In this document: one piece after another, positions 11,779 to 25,855 of the stretch
How positions within the stretch are numbered: position 1 is the first letter of the stretch
Layout: every line of letters begins with the position of its first letter
Origin: Tubiluchus corallicola
Taxonomy: Eukaryota > Animalia > Priapulida
DNA length: 64,000 bases
Direction of reading: 5' to 3'
Assembly (NCBI GenBank): GCA_030141605.1
Contig: JAQGDQ010000187.1
Span: 186,001-250,000 of the forward strand
Made by a program: the position numbers and the translations under genes
Notes under the pieces: model-generated
What the model saw: the letters and a program-made list of their open reading frames with translations, nothing else
What the model was told of the DNA's origin: nothing
The model's database searches: none

Positions 11779-14700
11779 CGTGCTGTTCAGTTATCCCGTT
11801 TCTATTTTCGTTCAACCTTATTTATCTATCGTTTAATTTTTTTCTGATAATTGAAATTATTATACAGATATGACATTCTCTTGCTGACCGGACAAGTACA
11901 TAACTTATTCCGTTATTACATATACAGAGGAGTCAATGTTGTGAGGTGTAATGTAAGAAGATGTAAATAATATGTAGCCCAGCAAGCAGCGCAGCCGTTG
12001 CATTTAGATGAAGCCATGATATTTTTATGTTGAAACATGCAGATGTAAATAATTACATGCCGCCGCAGATGCAAATGCCACATTGTCATGCAAACAAATC
12101 AATCGTTATAAATTGAACTATGAAAACAACAGTACAGTATGTGACTTAGTTATCGTGTTTTATTATTAGGATATTTTACTTTTTTTACAAAGTGCCTTTA
12201 ATTGTAGACTGAAAAGACTTTAGAATTTTGGAATCGAGTAACTCAAGAACTAGCTTCGCAAACTATTTGTGGACTTAATAATTCGGAAATGAAATGCTAC
12301 CATTTATCTAACCCATTTTAAGTCTGGACTCATTGATAAAGCTGTGGCTGGTACATACGACGAAGCCTTTAAATGTCACTAAAAGAGGTGAATAAAGCTT
12401 TCCATTTATTTTAACAACTAAGTTTAGCTTCGATTTATCTATTGTTGAGATTTATTCAATTTTGCATCACCTGTGTCTTGCATTTGATTTTCCCTTTTTA
12501 CTATAAACTTCTGCTAGAATTTCACGTAAATATTACACAATCAATTGGATAAAATCAAGCAGGAAGATCATTTTTAACACCCTGGGTACGCAAAAAGGTA
12601 CGAAAAGTAATCTACTTTGAATTCTGGATATGATATTGATAAAATATGCTTGCTTGTTTTGTATGTTCTATAAAATTTCTTATAAAAAGTTGCATTAAAC
12701 TAGAGAAATATTGTTGAGCTATGAGTCCAGTATCTTGGGATTTTGCAGGCTCTTATTTTGACTTATATCGGTAAAATACGTTCTAAATCAGTTCCCATCT
12801 CTGAAAGATTTCTGTAAGCCCCAAAGAATGGTAACTTTTTCCATCGCAAAACGAAACATGACGTAAGTAATTCGCATTGACGTCTGAGATCAACCTCTTC
12901 AAATGAATTATATATTAGTTTATAAGAATCATTCAGTTTCGTGTATAAACGGAGCAGATAATGTAAGGTATCATTTGTAAAGCCGCGGTATTATAGATAA
13001 ACTTCAAAGGCTATGCGGAAAGCACTCAAAATGTTACTGCCCGTCATCGTGTAAAGCGCATTTATTGTGCTTTGTGCTGTATTTAAGCTTCAAATTATTC
13101 GAGCTCCTCGGTGGACCTACAACTTCAATATTTCAATACACTGCATTACATTACGCCACTACATTGCACGACAGTACAGTATTACATTATTACAGTATTA
13201 CACATCTGGTGCGTACAACACTGTATGGCAAGGCATGATACGACATAGCAGAGCACACTGAGAACAGCACGGCACATATAGATGTTAGATACTGTGTAGT
13301 AAGCATCATTATATTTTGTTTTTATAATGAACTTGTCTGCTTTCATTTGTAAGTCTTTTTTATATCCGTTATATGAACTTTTAGGGGCTTGTTTGCTTTA
13401 TCAGTCTAAATAAAGTTGTGTCGTCTAGTATAATATAAAAATTATACGCTAGGAAAAAGCCGTTGACATAGATTAAAAAAATAAAAATAAGAATGTGGAT
13501 TTATGTTTCCTATACGGCTATTAGATAGCTTATGAATTTTAACGAGCTTTTTTATTTCCATTGCGGTCAGAATGCCTGGCAGGATTATAGGTTCCAGAGT
13601 TTTAGAGTTTTTTGTTTGAAATAGTTTAAAAGCATGATGGAAAACAAAGATCACATAGCATATATGGCCTGCTGTTTTTTTGTACAACGAATTACGCAAA
13701 AAATAACTGTGCTGGCTGGCAGTTTAAAATGATTGAGTTTTGGTGTAACATAGTGCAAATAATCTAGCCTTGTTTGAATGCATCCAGAGAGACTGCATTA
13801 GTGCTAATACACACAGCTTCAGATTGAGTCTGTAACTGCGTGTCCGCAAAACTTGTTGCTGTTTGTTACATTTGTCTTATAAACAAACTGCTTACGAAAG
13901 AGTCGTGACTTTTATAAAAGCGTTATTTATTCATGGCTTTATGGTAATAATCATGACTTCATTAAGCATCAAAATAACGAATTATAGTAGCCTACGACCT
14001 CTTTGTTGGTGGCAAATTTTGATGGTAAATATTTAGACATGCAGTGTTGTTTAAACGCCAACTAGGCGGAACCAGCAGATTGTACATGTGTGTGCATTTA
14101 TTTGTCTTTCTAATAGCTTTGAGAAACATTCATTTGAACTCCAAAACATCAGCTGAAATAATAGGGCAATATTTTCTGTTAAAGCATATGGGAGGATGAA
14201 TTAACTCTATGCTTGTTGCCCTAGCTGGTTATGCTTCTTTCTTAAAGTCTAGCGAGTTTTAAACTTTTAAACTAGACAGATCATCGAAAGCAAGTGTAAA
14301 ACAGTTCATCAATTATTTTTTTAAGTTAAACATTACAAAATAAGATATGAAACAGTTAAGTTTTGCCATTAGTCAGTTGCTGGCAATTTCAATAGTAAAA
14401 ATTTATCACAGGAGCACATGGTACATTGAACTGTGGCACCTGTTCAGTGTTTTAATGAGTGAAACGACTTAAAGTAGTACCTGCTTATTAAACTTTGAAA
14501 GAGCAGATTACACAGATAATTAACTCCTGTTTATTTGTGAACCTGCCTTATTCCGTGTAGTTATTTTTTGCCTTTAACTGATTGATGAAAAGAAGCGTAA
14601 TATACAATTTTCGAGCTTTGTTTTATTTTATTCATGTTAGGAAACACCTTTGAACAACAAAATCACCTGATGATTTTATGTTCTGTGCTCAAGACTTTTG

Positions 14701-16185
14701 GTACTAGATGGCGCAAGCATGCTGTCAGGAAAAATATAATTGATAAAAGCTAGTCACTGCATGGCTTCAACATGTCGCTGCCACAATTTTTACGGTTCAT
14801 CTGGGCTTCTTTTAAAACTATGAGCATCTTGACACTGCAATACTGTTATTGTCTAGTGGGGCGCTCTAGTGAGCGAAATTCCAAATTAAGGCCGCTTTTC
14901 TGCGGACGCAACCAAATCTGTGCTTTATTGTCATTTAGATTGTACAATGGAGGAGTCTTGCGCTTTTGCATTCCCATATTATAACTACAACAAACACTCG
15001 TTCGCTTAGGCTATAAATACTGTAGGCCTACTCGAATGCTTAGTAGCCGCAAAGACTGCCGCTATACTATTTTATTAGGACTATACTAGCCTATTTTAAC
15101 TAATGTAACTTCATAAACGAATAGTGTGAAAGTGTGCTCATTTCTTTAGACAACTATATATTATTCTGATTTTGCATTTTCGTAATAAAAATTGAACTTT
15201 TGAAAATAAGCTACAAAGCTTTATTTGATTAAGAAACTTCGATGTTCCGCGTAGTTTTGTTCATAGACGCGAGGTTGTTGATTTCTCTTGCATAATGGTA
15301 AATTAATACATTCTAGTAACTTTATTGTTACGATTATTATAGTGCATCACAGAGAAACCTGTTCTACATTTGGAAATCCGCCACTTTGCGCAATCGCAGG
15401 TGCTTTGCCCGGAAATTAGCTTTTCGATCAGTGGCGCGCTTGATGAAGCAATTTTAATGATTCTTCACATACTCTTTTGCACGAGAGTAGCCAGAAGGTT
15501 TGTAAGATAGACCATCGTTTTGCAAAGATATTGTAAAAAGCTTGTTTGCGTAATAACTGACTTTTAATCAAATTATTATTACCCTTCATTAGAACACACT
15601 ATTATAGTGTGCTTATAAACACATAACAAGCTACTTTGCTTCAAATAACTTTAATTCAGATAGCAAATTTTTGTGACACTGCAGATTGATTTATAGATTT
15701 ATCTAGTCTTAATTGGCAAGACCTTGAAAAGTGCGTTTAGGCCGTAGTGTGATACTGTGAGTCCTCGCGTAACTCGTAATACATGTAACTGGTAATTTTT
15801 TCGCAATTTTCTCATCTTGTATTAATATGGCTGGTTAGCGTAAATAGTCTCTTAGTGCGCAATAATTTTACTGGTGATGCTGGATAACAACTGCGAAAAC
15901 GATAACCAATGTAAACAGCATAAGATCTTAGAAGAAGCTTGTCATAACAGTGCTGTTCTTTGGCTGGTAATAAAGTCACAGAAAAAAAGTCATAGAAAAA
16001 GGAAGAATTTTGGCTAGGTAATCGAACAAAAATATTCAAGCCGGTTATATATATATATATAAGTACCAAAACAATTAAAGTAATAAAATAGAAAATATTT
16101 TAAATCACTTATTAACTGGCAATACATGACTTGAACATATTGACAACCTATTCATATATGATGGCATTGCATAAAATGCGAATGA

Positions 16186-16353
16186 GTTTACAATTCCCCA
16201 AACAATTTAAATACCCTAACCCTAACACTAACCCTAATCCTAATTCGCTTCACGAACTATTTTGTCGTGTGTGGGGAATTGTAAACATTAGGCCATGTAT
16301 GCGATAAAAATATAAAAAATCACATTTTGTTCAATATCTTAGGGTTAGGGTTA
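16186..16353. repeat. 15-bp inverted repeat enclosing (CCCTAA)n, with a nearby (TTAGGG)n run; Helentron-associated-element-like
   Basis: gtttacaattcccca (16186-16200) and tggggaattgtaaac (16272-16286) form a perfect inverted repeat, with ccctaaccctaacactaaccctaatcctaa between them. ttagggttagggtta lies at about 16339. Confidence 0.55.
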
Positions 16354-17022
16354 TTATTTTTCTGTGATTTTTTCTGCGACTTTTTTATTTGGATTCGCGT
16401 TTTTCTATAAGAAGCTGTATTAAGTTAGATGATATTAATGTCTTATAGGAGGCATCAACTACACACCTTCATATACCAGTGTCTGTAAGTAAAAAATTAT
16501 ATTGATATGTATATTTCAATGAACTTAGAGATTATACCGGTGTAAGTCATACTGTAGTCTGTGTGACATTTTCTATCTTAATAAACTCGGTTAATTATGG
16601 CGTATTAATTTTTAAGTGATCCCGCTCACAATCTCTGATAAGATACAGCCGAGTTTCAGTGCAGAAAGACAGCGTCTCTAGGCAAGATACACTGAATAAC
16701 ATAAATCGGTATAATGTAGAATTATTTGGCTTAATCCGCCGTAATCGTACATTACTGGCGAGAAAACAGCATTTCACGATTAATGTTTTTAAGGCATTAA
16801 TTTTGCTCTCATGCAGCTATACGAAAATAGCCTTTAAATGCGTATAATTGTTTTGAAAATCCTATAGCCGGTTAACTTGAAAGCTCTACGGGAAGCAAAA
16901 CGTGGTATAGGCCGAAATGAATTAAGAGTATTTTTAAAATTAAACAGTTAAATAAAGTTTAAAATGGTGAAACAAATTGCTCTGAAAGATTTATAAAAAA
17001 AACAAAATGTGAGACACTATGT

Positions 17023-17073
17023 ATGAAAAAACAGTAGAGGATGCCTGTGGACGCTTTCCTACTGTTTTTTCAT
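17023..17073. other. Perfect 15-bp-stem hairpin
   Basis: atgaaaaaacagtag (17023-17037) pairs with ctactgttttttcat (17059-17073), leaving a 21-nt partly pairing loop. Confidence 0.8.
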
Positions 17074-18359
17074 TATGGATTTACAAGGAGCTATGAAGTT
17101 TGCAATTAGAACAAGATATAAATAATAACGTCGATAAATAAATGAAAATGATTCAGGTTATTATGTCAAATTGAGCCAATTGTTTATTCCACAAATTCGC
17201 CGTCTTTTGCCATCGTCCGCAATGGAGATAAATGTGTTTTAAACTTCCTGGAATGAAAAAGTTTGGAGATAACCGCGCAACGAGAAAAAGCTGTATTAAA
17301 CTGAACAGACTGATTAGAGTCATTAGACTTGTGGAGCAAACAAATTGAGCTATGGATTCTACATAACAATGCTACATTTCTAATGAATTAGTTGGTGGTG
17401 TGTTGTTATTACTTGCTTCTGTTTACGTGAGTGTTGTTTCGTTTTGTTGCATAGCCATGCAGAATGCAGACCCTGCAACAGGTAAATAGATTGTCATCAG
17501 TCAGTCCTTACAAGGCTCAATGTAGTAGCGACTCAATTTGTCTGCGAGTTGTATTATAGAAGTAGTAGGTATGATTTCTCAGGATTTTAAGACATTTTTG
17601 TTCTGTTCATGGTACTGGTATGGACGGAGTGGGTGCCATAAAAATGTTACAGCACCATTTTTCTTATATAGTTCCGTGGCATTGTGTAGTTCTCAAACGC
17701 TTCACCCTAGATGCATGTGTACATCAGGTATAAAAGGCTGACGTCGAGGTGATGTTGCTGTAGAATATGTGCCAAAATCAACTTTTTGCCCATCGTCAGA
17801 CCTGACACGAACGCTTAAATGATATTGATCGAAACTGACAGGCGCAAGTTCAACCAGTAGCTCCTAATTGCCTTTAATTTAGCTTCCTGTATAAGCTGGT
17901 TTGATGGTAATTAATGACGTTTGTGTTTAACTTGCGTACATCTGTCAGGTTCAGCTGCTGGTCTGTTTGTACTGTACTATTAAACTTATATCTCTGGGCT
18001 GTGACATGCCTGTTGTCTGCGGTTCATTTTCTAGTAGCTTTCGGAAAAATTATTATTTTTATTTTAATTACTATCTTTTCACTTGTTTATTCGTAAACAC
18101 TGGTTTTTAGCTAAAATTATTTCATGTGGACATGACACTGATTTCCGTCTTATATTGCAGAATTTCTAATGAGCCACACATCTAGTTGAATTTAATATAA
18201 CCAGTTCTTCTGTATCATTAGTAATTTAGATGATAAACTTAGATTTAGATCATACTGTAAAATGTGCGGCAATAGTTACATATTACCTTTCGTTAAAGTC
18301 AGGTATACAGCTAAATCGAAATCCCAGTCAAATTATGTGCCAAAAAATGAATGAACTAC

Positions 18360-21062
18360 TCACAAGAAGAGCTCAGAATCATTGCTGCTTAACATACAAA
18401 GCTTAGCCAAAAAGCATGCCTCTTAAAAGACGATTAGAAAAACGCCGAGAATACTATTATTGGTTTAACCGAAACTTGGCTAAACAGGAAAATTGACACT
18501 AGATCCAAACAACAGCCAAACTACAATTAATAAGAAGAGAGAAAAACTAAGCGAGGAGCGGGCATAGCCATTTATATACCAAATCACTTTGAATGTTATG
18601 AAATAAAAGGCGTCTGCACAATTAATACTGAATCATTATGGCGTGATATCAATAACAGTATAGTCGGGATCGTATACCGATCTCCAAATCAAAGGTATAA
18701 GATATTTCTAAAACATTTAGATAGTGAATTAGAACACGTGATGAATGAAAATAAAAAGGTGATTAATGGGAGATTTCAACTTTAACCTGGCTAAACCCAA
18801 TAATCCTGCCTGTTAAGAATATGACACAACATTAAGTAAATACAATTGAAACATTTTAAATAAAGACCTGCTGCCAACAAGAGTATCAAAGACCTCATCT
18901 ACAATATTAGGTCACATAATAACAACAGATAGCAATTATACAGCAAATGGCATAATATAATGCATCTATTCTGATCATGATTTTGTAGTAGCGGTAGACA
19001 GTACAAGCCTACCAATGATTCGAATCAATTCAGCAAGTGGAAAATAATTCGTGATTTTAAACATTTCAACGAAAAAGGCTTCTTACTGACATCAAGAAAA
19101 AGTAATTGAAACCCAATACATGCAACTACATAGGTTGATGAACAAATGAATGTATTTATTAACAATATAGAACATGCAATGGCATTACGTGCGCCAGAAA
19201 AAAAAACAAAAATTGGCAATAACAAAGTGACAAACTCCGAACCAAAATGGTGTGACAACCAATTAAAAAGCATGAGGAAAGAAAAAATCGATTAAGAGCA
19301 ATCTATATGAAAAACAAAAGTACAATAAATTTTGAAAGTTACAAAAAAGCTTGAAACCTTTTAACAACCTCAATTAACAACCTGAAAAATCAATGTTGCA
19401 AAAATCAGTGTCTAAATGCAAAAAATTCTCAAGAAAAATGGAAGATAATAAATTAAATCCCAAAGAAATGGTCAACCTATTTCAGTTTAGGTAATTTTAT
19501 CTAAACAGACAAAAAATGTTTCAAAAACGTTTGAACAAATAAACAAACCTACGCATGCGTTCAGTTTTAAGAACGTTACAATAAATGAAATAATCAATGT
19601 GATACAAATTAAACGGAGCTTTTTCAAACTACACTAGGTCAGGGCATCCCACAAGGAACTCTATTAAGCCCTCTTTTGTTTTGTATTTATGTAAATGATA
19701 TTTATAAAGTTTTAACAAACAGTAATTTAACTTACTACGCAAACGACACAAGCTTGTGCTAGTCAAATATGTCTGAAGATGATGCAATGCAACAGCTAGA
19801 ACAAAATCTTGAAAATATTAAGGCAGTATTTGATTATCACAAGCTCTCTACGAACGAGGAAAAACTAAATTTATGATGTAAGGACCTCAGCAATCAACTG
19901 ACTGCTCATGCTCATAGCAAAACATTTAAAATTAATGGGAACACTATTACAGAAACTATGAACAAAAATTTCTTGGGAATAATTTTAGGTAACAAATTAA
20001 AATGGAATCTTCAATTAGAAAAAGTATACAATAAGATGCTACTAGCATTAGTTACTTGGGACAAGTTAAAGGACAACTAAATTCTAAAACCAAACTCATA
20101 TACAAAGCTTTTGTTTTATCCCTGAATACCTACACTTGCATTTTATACAACAATGTTGAAACGCAAACTTTGAACAAAATAAATACTCTTTGAAATTGTG
20201 CCCTAAGACTCATTACTGGTATTAGTAATAAAAACGTCTATATGTTTTAAAAAAATGAAGAATCAATGTCAATCAATCAGGGAAACCTTAAGAATACCAA
20301 TCCAATCACACACGAAATTTCACATCATGGTTTTCTTTTGCAAATACATAAATTACATTAGCATACCGCTCTTAAACAGTAAACTACCCCTGCTTCTAAC
20401 AATTGAGAAAAACAACAGGAATAACAATGTTAAGCGAATTACCACTAAAAACAAATATGACCACGATAGCATAGTTACGACAGCAATAACCATTTGGAAT
20501 CAATTATTTAGTGAAAAACAAGAACCCACATAGAAAAATTATTAGAAAAGGCTAAAAAAGACTAATAACAACCTATGTAATACCCGAAAATAGACATGAT
20601 TTTGAAAGGCCTCCTGAAAATTCTTATATTTTTACGACCATGAATTTAATAGCCCGATATGCCTAAAATAGACATTATCTGGTTATCTATGACATCATAA
20701 TTATGATATAGAATATTGCTAATTTTTATACATAATAAAAAGTAACTAATTTTACCTCTTAATTAATAGTATTCTCTTAATTTTGTAAATATGTAAATTT
20801 TGCAAATAGCCTGTGTTTTGAAGTTTTATTAGTTACCAGTAATTTCCTAATGTTGTAAATAGTTCTTTTTCTTTTTCCCCTCATTGTATTAGTTGTAGAG
20901 GACGCTATAACCAATATTTAGTTAATCGCATACTCTGTATGTGATTGACTGGTATCCTGTCTCCGGTACGCAGTATACATTTCTTATATGCACTTATTTC
21001 TTTTACTTTGTATACATGAGTTATAATTGACAAATAAAGATTTTATCTATCTATCTATCTAT
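18360..21062 (+). mobile_element. Decayed L2/CR1-group LINE (APE endonuclease, internally deleted RT, 3' UTR)
   Basis: APE motifs LNIQSL, IIGLTETWL, RGAGIAIYI, VGIVYRSPN, MGDFN, PTRVSKTSSTILGHIIT and SDHDFV. RT motifs GIPQGTLLSPLLFCIYVND, YYANDT and FLGIILGNKLKWN. Ends in AATAAA plus a (TATC)n tail. The N-terminal RT appears deleted near 19610. Confidence 0.9.
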
Positions 21063-23112
21063 TTACCTCTAGACTAACATTAACTATGGACTACATTTAA
21101 AGAAGCAGTGAAAACCTATATAAAACGTCATATATGATTGGTTGCATTTCTAAAACCTCCGCCACACCTTAAAATTGCTAAGGTTTCTGTCAAGTCCTAG
21201 TGAGGTCTTCTAGATCTTAGTAAGCTTGCAGTTGAAACGTTATGCGCATTATAGTCTTGACGGTCTTTATGGTCTCATGTAAGTTTTGACTATGTTCAAA
21301 GTCATGGCCGCGTGATCGAGGAAGGAATAGATCGCAGTATAAACGCCATATGGACGTGGTTCGGACATATTATGAGCGTATTAAACTCTCTATAGATGTA
21401 GTATCATCGCACTCGCATTGGGTCCTCATTTTCGAACTTTTTGTTCGCGTCTGCATTACGCTTTTATACGATAAATTACATCTAGTGACAGCATGGATAA
21501 AGCAATTTTTGCCACGTTCTACCGAGACTTAACCATGATCATCGAATTTCAAGCAGTCGTAAGTGGTTCTTTATGGTCGGTAACCAGTGGACAGATGATT
21601 AAAACATTAAAACTTTGCTAATTAAGCACCGTGCACAGAAAATGGAAAAATGTTACCTTGGCGCCTCGGGTCGACTGGGTGTCAAACCGATTGGACGTAC
21701 TGTAACTTGTAATTTGCGTGGCTATACTGCTTTTTTACGTTGAAAGAAATTACATCAGTGGCAATGCCTGCAGCAAAGATGATAGTGGCTATTGTGACTG
21801 TTGTTGGAGCAGTTATAGGTCTTGCTGCAGCACTGCCACTCCTCTTGCTGTCATTGTTACTGCCGTGACTGGGGCTGCTCGCAAGTGATCGTTTCCCATT
21901 TTTGTTATCATTGATATAGTTCACGCTGCCATTGCTGTGAATAACACAGTAGCTCAGAAAGTCCAAGCAATGATTGTTGTCTGCTATTGCTGTTGTTGAT
22001 AATGATGCTACCACTTCTGCTGCCACGACACTGACGCTCCTGAAGCTGTCATTTCTGTACAAAAGAGGTTCATAAAAGCTAGCTCTTTCAGTAACGTCTA
22101 TCAAATTGATTTCAGCTGATGAAGTCCATGCCGGAAGAAAGCTTCTGAAGAACAAATGGAATTTTTTTTAAGACTTAAAGAGCATTCTGAGTTTCTTCTA
22201 CAGATATGACCATGACAAGTCTCAGAAGAAGACTATTTTCGAAGTTCAATCCATTTTCCACAGTTATGGCTTTTATTTGTGTTTTTTATTGTATATCGTT
22301 CATCGTGTCTACTAAAAGATTATCGCCTTGCACGATGCCGTTGATCACTTTGGTGAGCTTTATTTTTTAATAAAAATTTACAAGCTAATGGCCGACTTTT
22401 ATTGTTATGTCAGTTTGCTATGTTGAAATGGTGGTATGCGAAAGAATAACAATTATCCATTCAAAGGTTCAACGAAAACTGAAACGAAAAAAGTAAGGTC
22501 GGCTATAAAAGCTACTTCACTGGAACAGCAATATTAATTAAAATTAAATTAATGTTTTGCCAAAGTACATAATCAACTAGAAAAACAAACTTGCACAAAT
22601 TACTAACGTTTTCACCTCGTTTTGTCTGGCCCCATTTTTATGCACTTTGTAAACACGCGATCAGCAATTTTTCCAAAGCCTGTCTAAATGACTTTCACAT
22701 TCTGTAGCGACGTAGCTTACACTTTGATATACTGGCCCTTTAACATTTGCTTACCATCTGGTAAATATTATTATCGTATCAAACTCTTCTTAACTGTGTA
22801 AGATTAATTGCCTGGATGAGTTGAGATAAAGTTAAGTTCCTGAAGTTCCGAAGCTGGGTGGCATTCCAGACAAATCTGCCATTTCTCTTCTCTTGTCAGT
22901 AAATTAATTGCAGGATTCGTATAGTTCGAAATTGCGAAATTGCTAGAGAAAATTTAATTTTTAGCAATTTTCATATAGAAACAAAATTTGATTATGGTCG
23001 TTTTAACTGATTTCTAGTTATGAGAAAGAAAGAGAAAAGAGGCAGACAAGGAAGTGGCAGATAATGAAGCATTTACACCATGCTTAATTTTATCGCTGTT
23101 ATCTAGTAATGT

Positions 23113-23340
23113 ATTGTCATCACCATCATTGTTATAGTCATCATCATCATCGAGAACAACAACAACAAAATCCTCGTCACTGTCAGTATCATCATCGTCA
23201 TCGTCTTCATCATCGACAACAAGAACATCGTCATCATCATCATTATCATCGACAACAACAACAACAACGTTATCGTCACTTTCATTATCATCATCATCAC
23301 TTTCGTTATTTTCATCACCATCATCACAGTCACCGCTATC
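23113..23340. repeat. Degenerate (CAT)/(CGT)/(CAA) trinucleotide repeat
   Basis: Directly visible. It generates the spurious His-rich and Met-rich ORFs. Confidence 0.85.
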
Positions 23341-25544
23341 GTAAGATATTATAATTTACATTGTATTTATTTTATATCTAATTGTCTTACCTATCTATAT
23401 TGTCTATTATCAGCACCCTCATCATTGTCGTCGTCGTAGTCGTCGTATTCATCAACTTCATCATAATTATCCAACCAATTACACAAAAGACTTCCTAAAA
23501 AGCTATTCGATGTAACGTTTGATTTGTTGCATGATCCCTGCTGCTCAAAGACAGGCAATTGTCGTTAAAACGTAATGGCTATTCGGTAAGCTTCTGAAAT
23601 AAGAATTAAGAATATCACTAACGTCAGAAAAGTTAATTAACTCGGGCATTACGTTTTCTTCCTTCACATAAGGGCGACTGGTGATACGAACATAAATGTT
23701 CTGGTAGATAGGATCTTTAAAATAGGATCGCTTGCCTCAGAAGCATGTACAATCTGACACTAATGGAATGTACGCGCATTATTGATGATGTATACGCGAA
23801 ATGATGGATAAGTGGCTGGATAGTAGGATTGTGGTTAGCACGGTAGTAAACTCATTCCCTGCTTTGCAAGCTAGAATATTGGATTGATGAAAGTTTAAAT
23901 TAGGTTTGAATTTATCGCTGCCATTGTTTTTTGGATACGTAGATTTAAATATTTAGTTTTCTTAAATACAATGCTTCTTTATAGTGGTTTTGGAACTTGG
24001 GTTGACACTCCTGTCGCTGTGCGACTGGCACAATCAGCTATATAGAAACAATTCAAACGCGACAAAATATAAGCTTCTACATGGTTTCAGAAGAAACGTT
24101 TTCTGAAGAAAAATAAAGAATTTTTTAGACGAATTTGTTTTTCTGGTTTCACTTAGACCTATAATAGCTTCTTTAGAACAAAATATAGTGCGCAGCTTAT
24201 AAAAAGTGAGTGATATCACAGAAAACAATGTACCGATTGTGAGTCTTATCTTGTACCACTCACGTCTTCATGTCACTAGGAACTAAATTGGATCTAAATT
24301 ATAACACCCAAGGCACATTTATAAAAGTAAGAGCTAAAAGTTAGGTAAAAGTCAAAAAAGTGAATGCATGAACAAGTTATGAAACTGTGATCTGGTACCC
24401 GCACTTGTTTGCACTTTGGGTGAATGCGGCCAGGTGAATGTGGCCGGTAAATTTAATTTTTTCCTGCATGGACGTCTTACTCAAATCACAGGAAGCCAGT
24501 CAATGTTTATTTTCCGTAAGAGAACTAAATAGTTATAACCATGATGTGGTACGCCAGCCAGTCAAGCACTAGTCATTTTGGACTTTGGAAGAATAATGCT
24601 GATGCTAATGGAGGGAGTGTTAAGGTGAATGTTTCACTATATCGGGATCCAGTGCGTGCGACGTGTGATAAGCAAAGATTTGTATGCAAATATGACCATA
24701 GATCACTCACGCCACCCTATCATCCAGCTGAAGCTGTTGTCCTTAGAATATAGACAAATAGTAGTTTCACTTTGCCTTGTCTAATCTGCGCCGTGCGTGG
24801 CAGGTCTATCGTCGTAGCTACACTCTTCTAAAGCCTATTAAGTAAGTGTCGTGTTTTCACTAACCAGGTATTACACAAACACACACGCTTATTATGCGCA
24901 CTGTTTGTTTAGAAGCTCCCAGGAAGCCGTTGAGCTGTATGATCTCATTGGCACAGTAGATCGAGTATGGCTTCGGTTGTGTAGACATAGTTTATTCAGT
25001 CTTCGGGAATCCATTAATGTAGCTCGCGCTTCAAGTTGGGGGAGTATCGGAAGTTTGCACAGTGTTCTTGCACTATGTAGTTTGAAATAGTTGGCGTACT
25101 TTTCAGTTAGTCCACAAAACTGGTTTCGCTTATTAAGGTGTATTGTATTCATTTCGATACAATGTCTTGAAAACTAAAAGCGTTTTAGTAATGTGATACG
25201 GAACTCTTTTTGCAAAAAGGGCGGAATTATCTTTGATAATTCGTTGAATATCGTCAATTAAATTGCGGCATGCGAGAAGAGTCATGCCTCGTAAAACAAC
25301 TTGCCAATTTAACTGACATTTTGGTCAACTTTAATTTAATGTAAACAAAAAAACCCGAAGCTGTTTGAATTGTAGCTAAAGGGTAAATGGTAAAATTACT
25401 TTTTGTTACGTGGTGATTGCGTTGCGTGCAGTGTGATTTAGATTGCACACATTCGGCGAGAGGGAAATTCTTGTGACAAGCAGCAGAAAATTCAACGACT
25501 GCCTCTTACGAACTTTTAGATAAAATCATTCTGTGAATCTGCAG

Positions 25545-25591
25545 GTGTCTGAGAAGCCCCGAAGCCAGCTACCGATATTTGAACTGCTTTG
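25545..25591 (+). other. Candidate upstream (probably 5' UTR) exon of the 337-aa gene
   Basis: ctgcag|GTGTCT...CTTTG|gtgagt, and the following intron would end at tttttcttgtaaag|ATG. The frame in phase with the main ORF contains TGA, so this exon is non-coding for that ORF. Confidence 0.45.
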
Positions 25592-25855
25592 GTGAGTCCG
25601 AAGAATGAATGACAAGCTGAACTAAACAGTGCATCAGTTTTCAGCTTAATGAACGGCAAACAAAGACAGCTGAATCTTTTCTTGAGTTGCAGATTGATGG
25701 ACTAAGTTTAAACTCTAAACTTAACTGGATTAAACCTTAGTAAGTCTGTGTAAAAGTTCCGCTGTTGAAAAGACAAAACTTATTAGAATTTTGGTGAATG
25801 TTCGTTTATTACTAAGATTATTTGCAATCGTTTATACAAAGTTTTTCTTGTAAAG

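Noticed and set aside
11414-11815. 133-aa Phe/Ser/Leu-rich ORF
   Set aside because: Antisense translation of the GA-rich tract.
21682-22155. 157-aa minus ORF and a hydrophobic signal-peptide-like plus-strand peptide (MPAAKMIVAIVTVVG..)
   Set aside because: Low-complexity decayed GCT/GTT triplet sequence that is open in several frames; no gene structure.
23103-23354. His-rich and Met-rich ORFs on both strands
   Set aside because: Products of a decayed (CAT)n trinucleotide repeat, with no splice or codon evidence.
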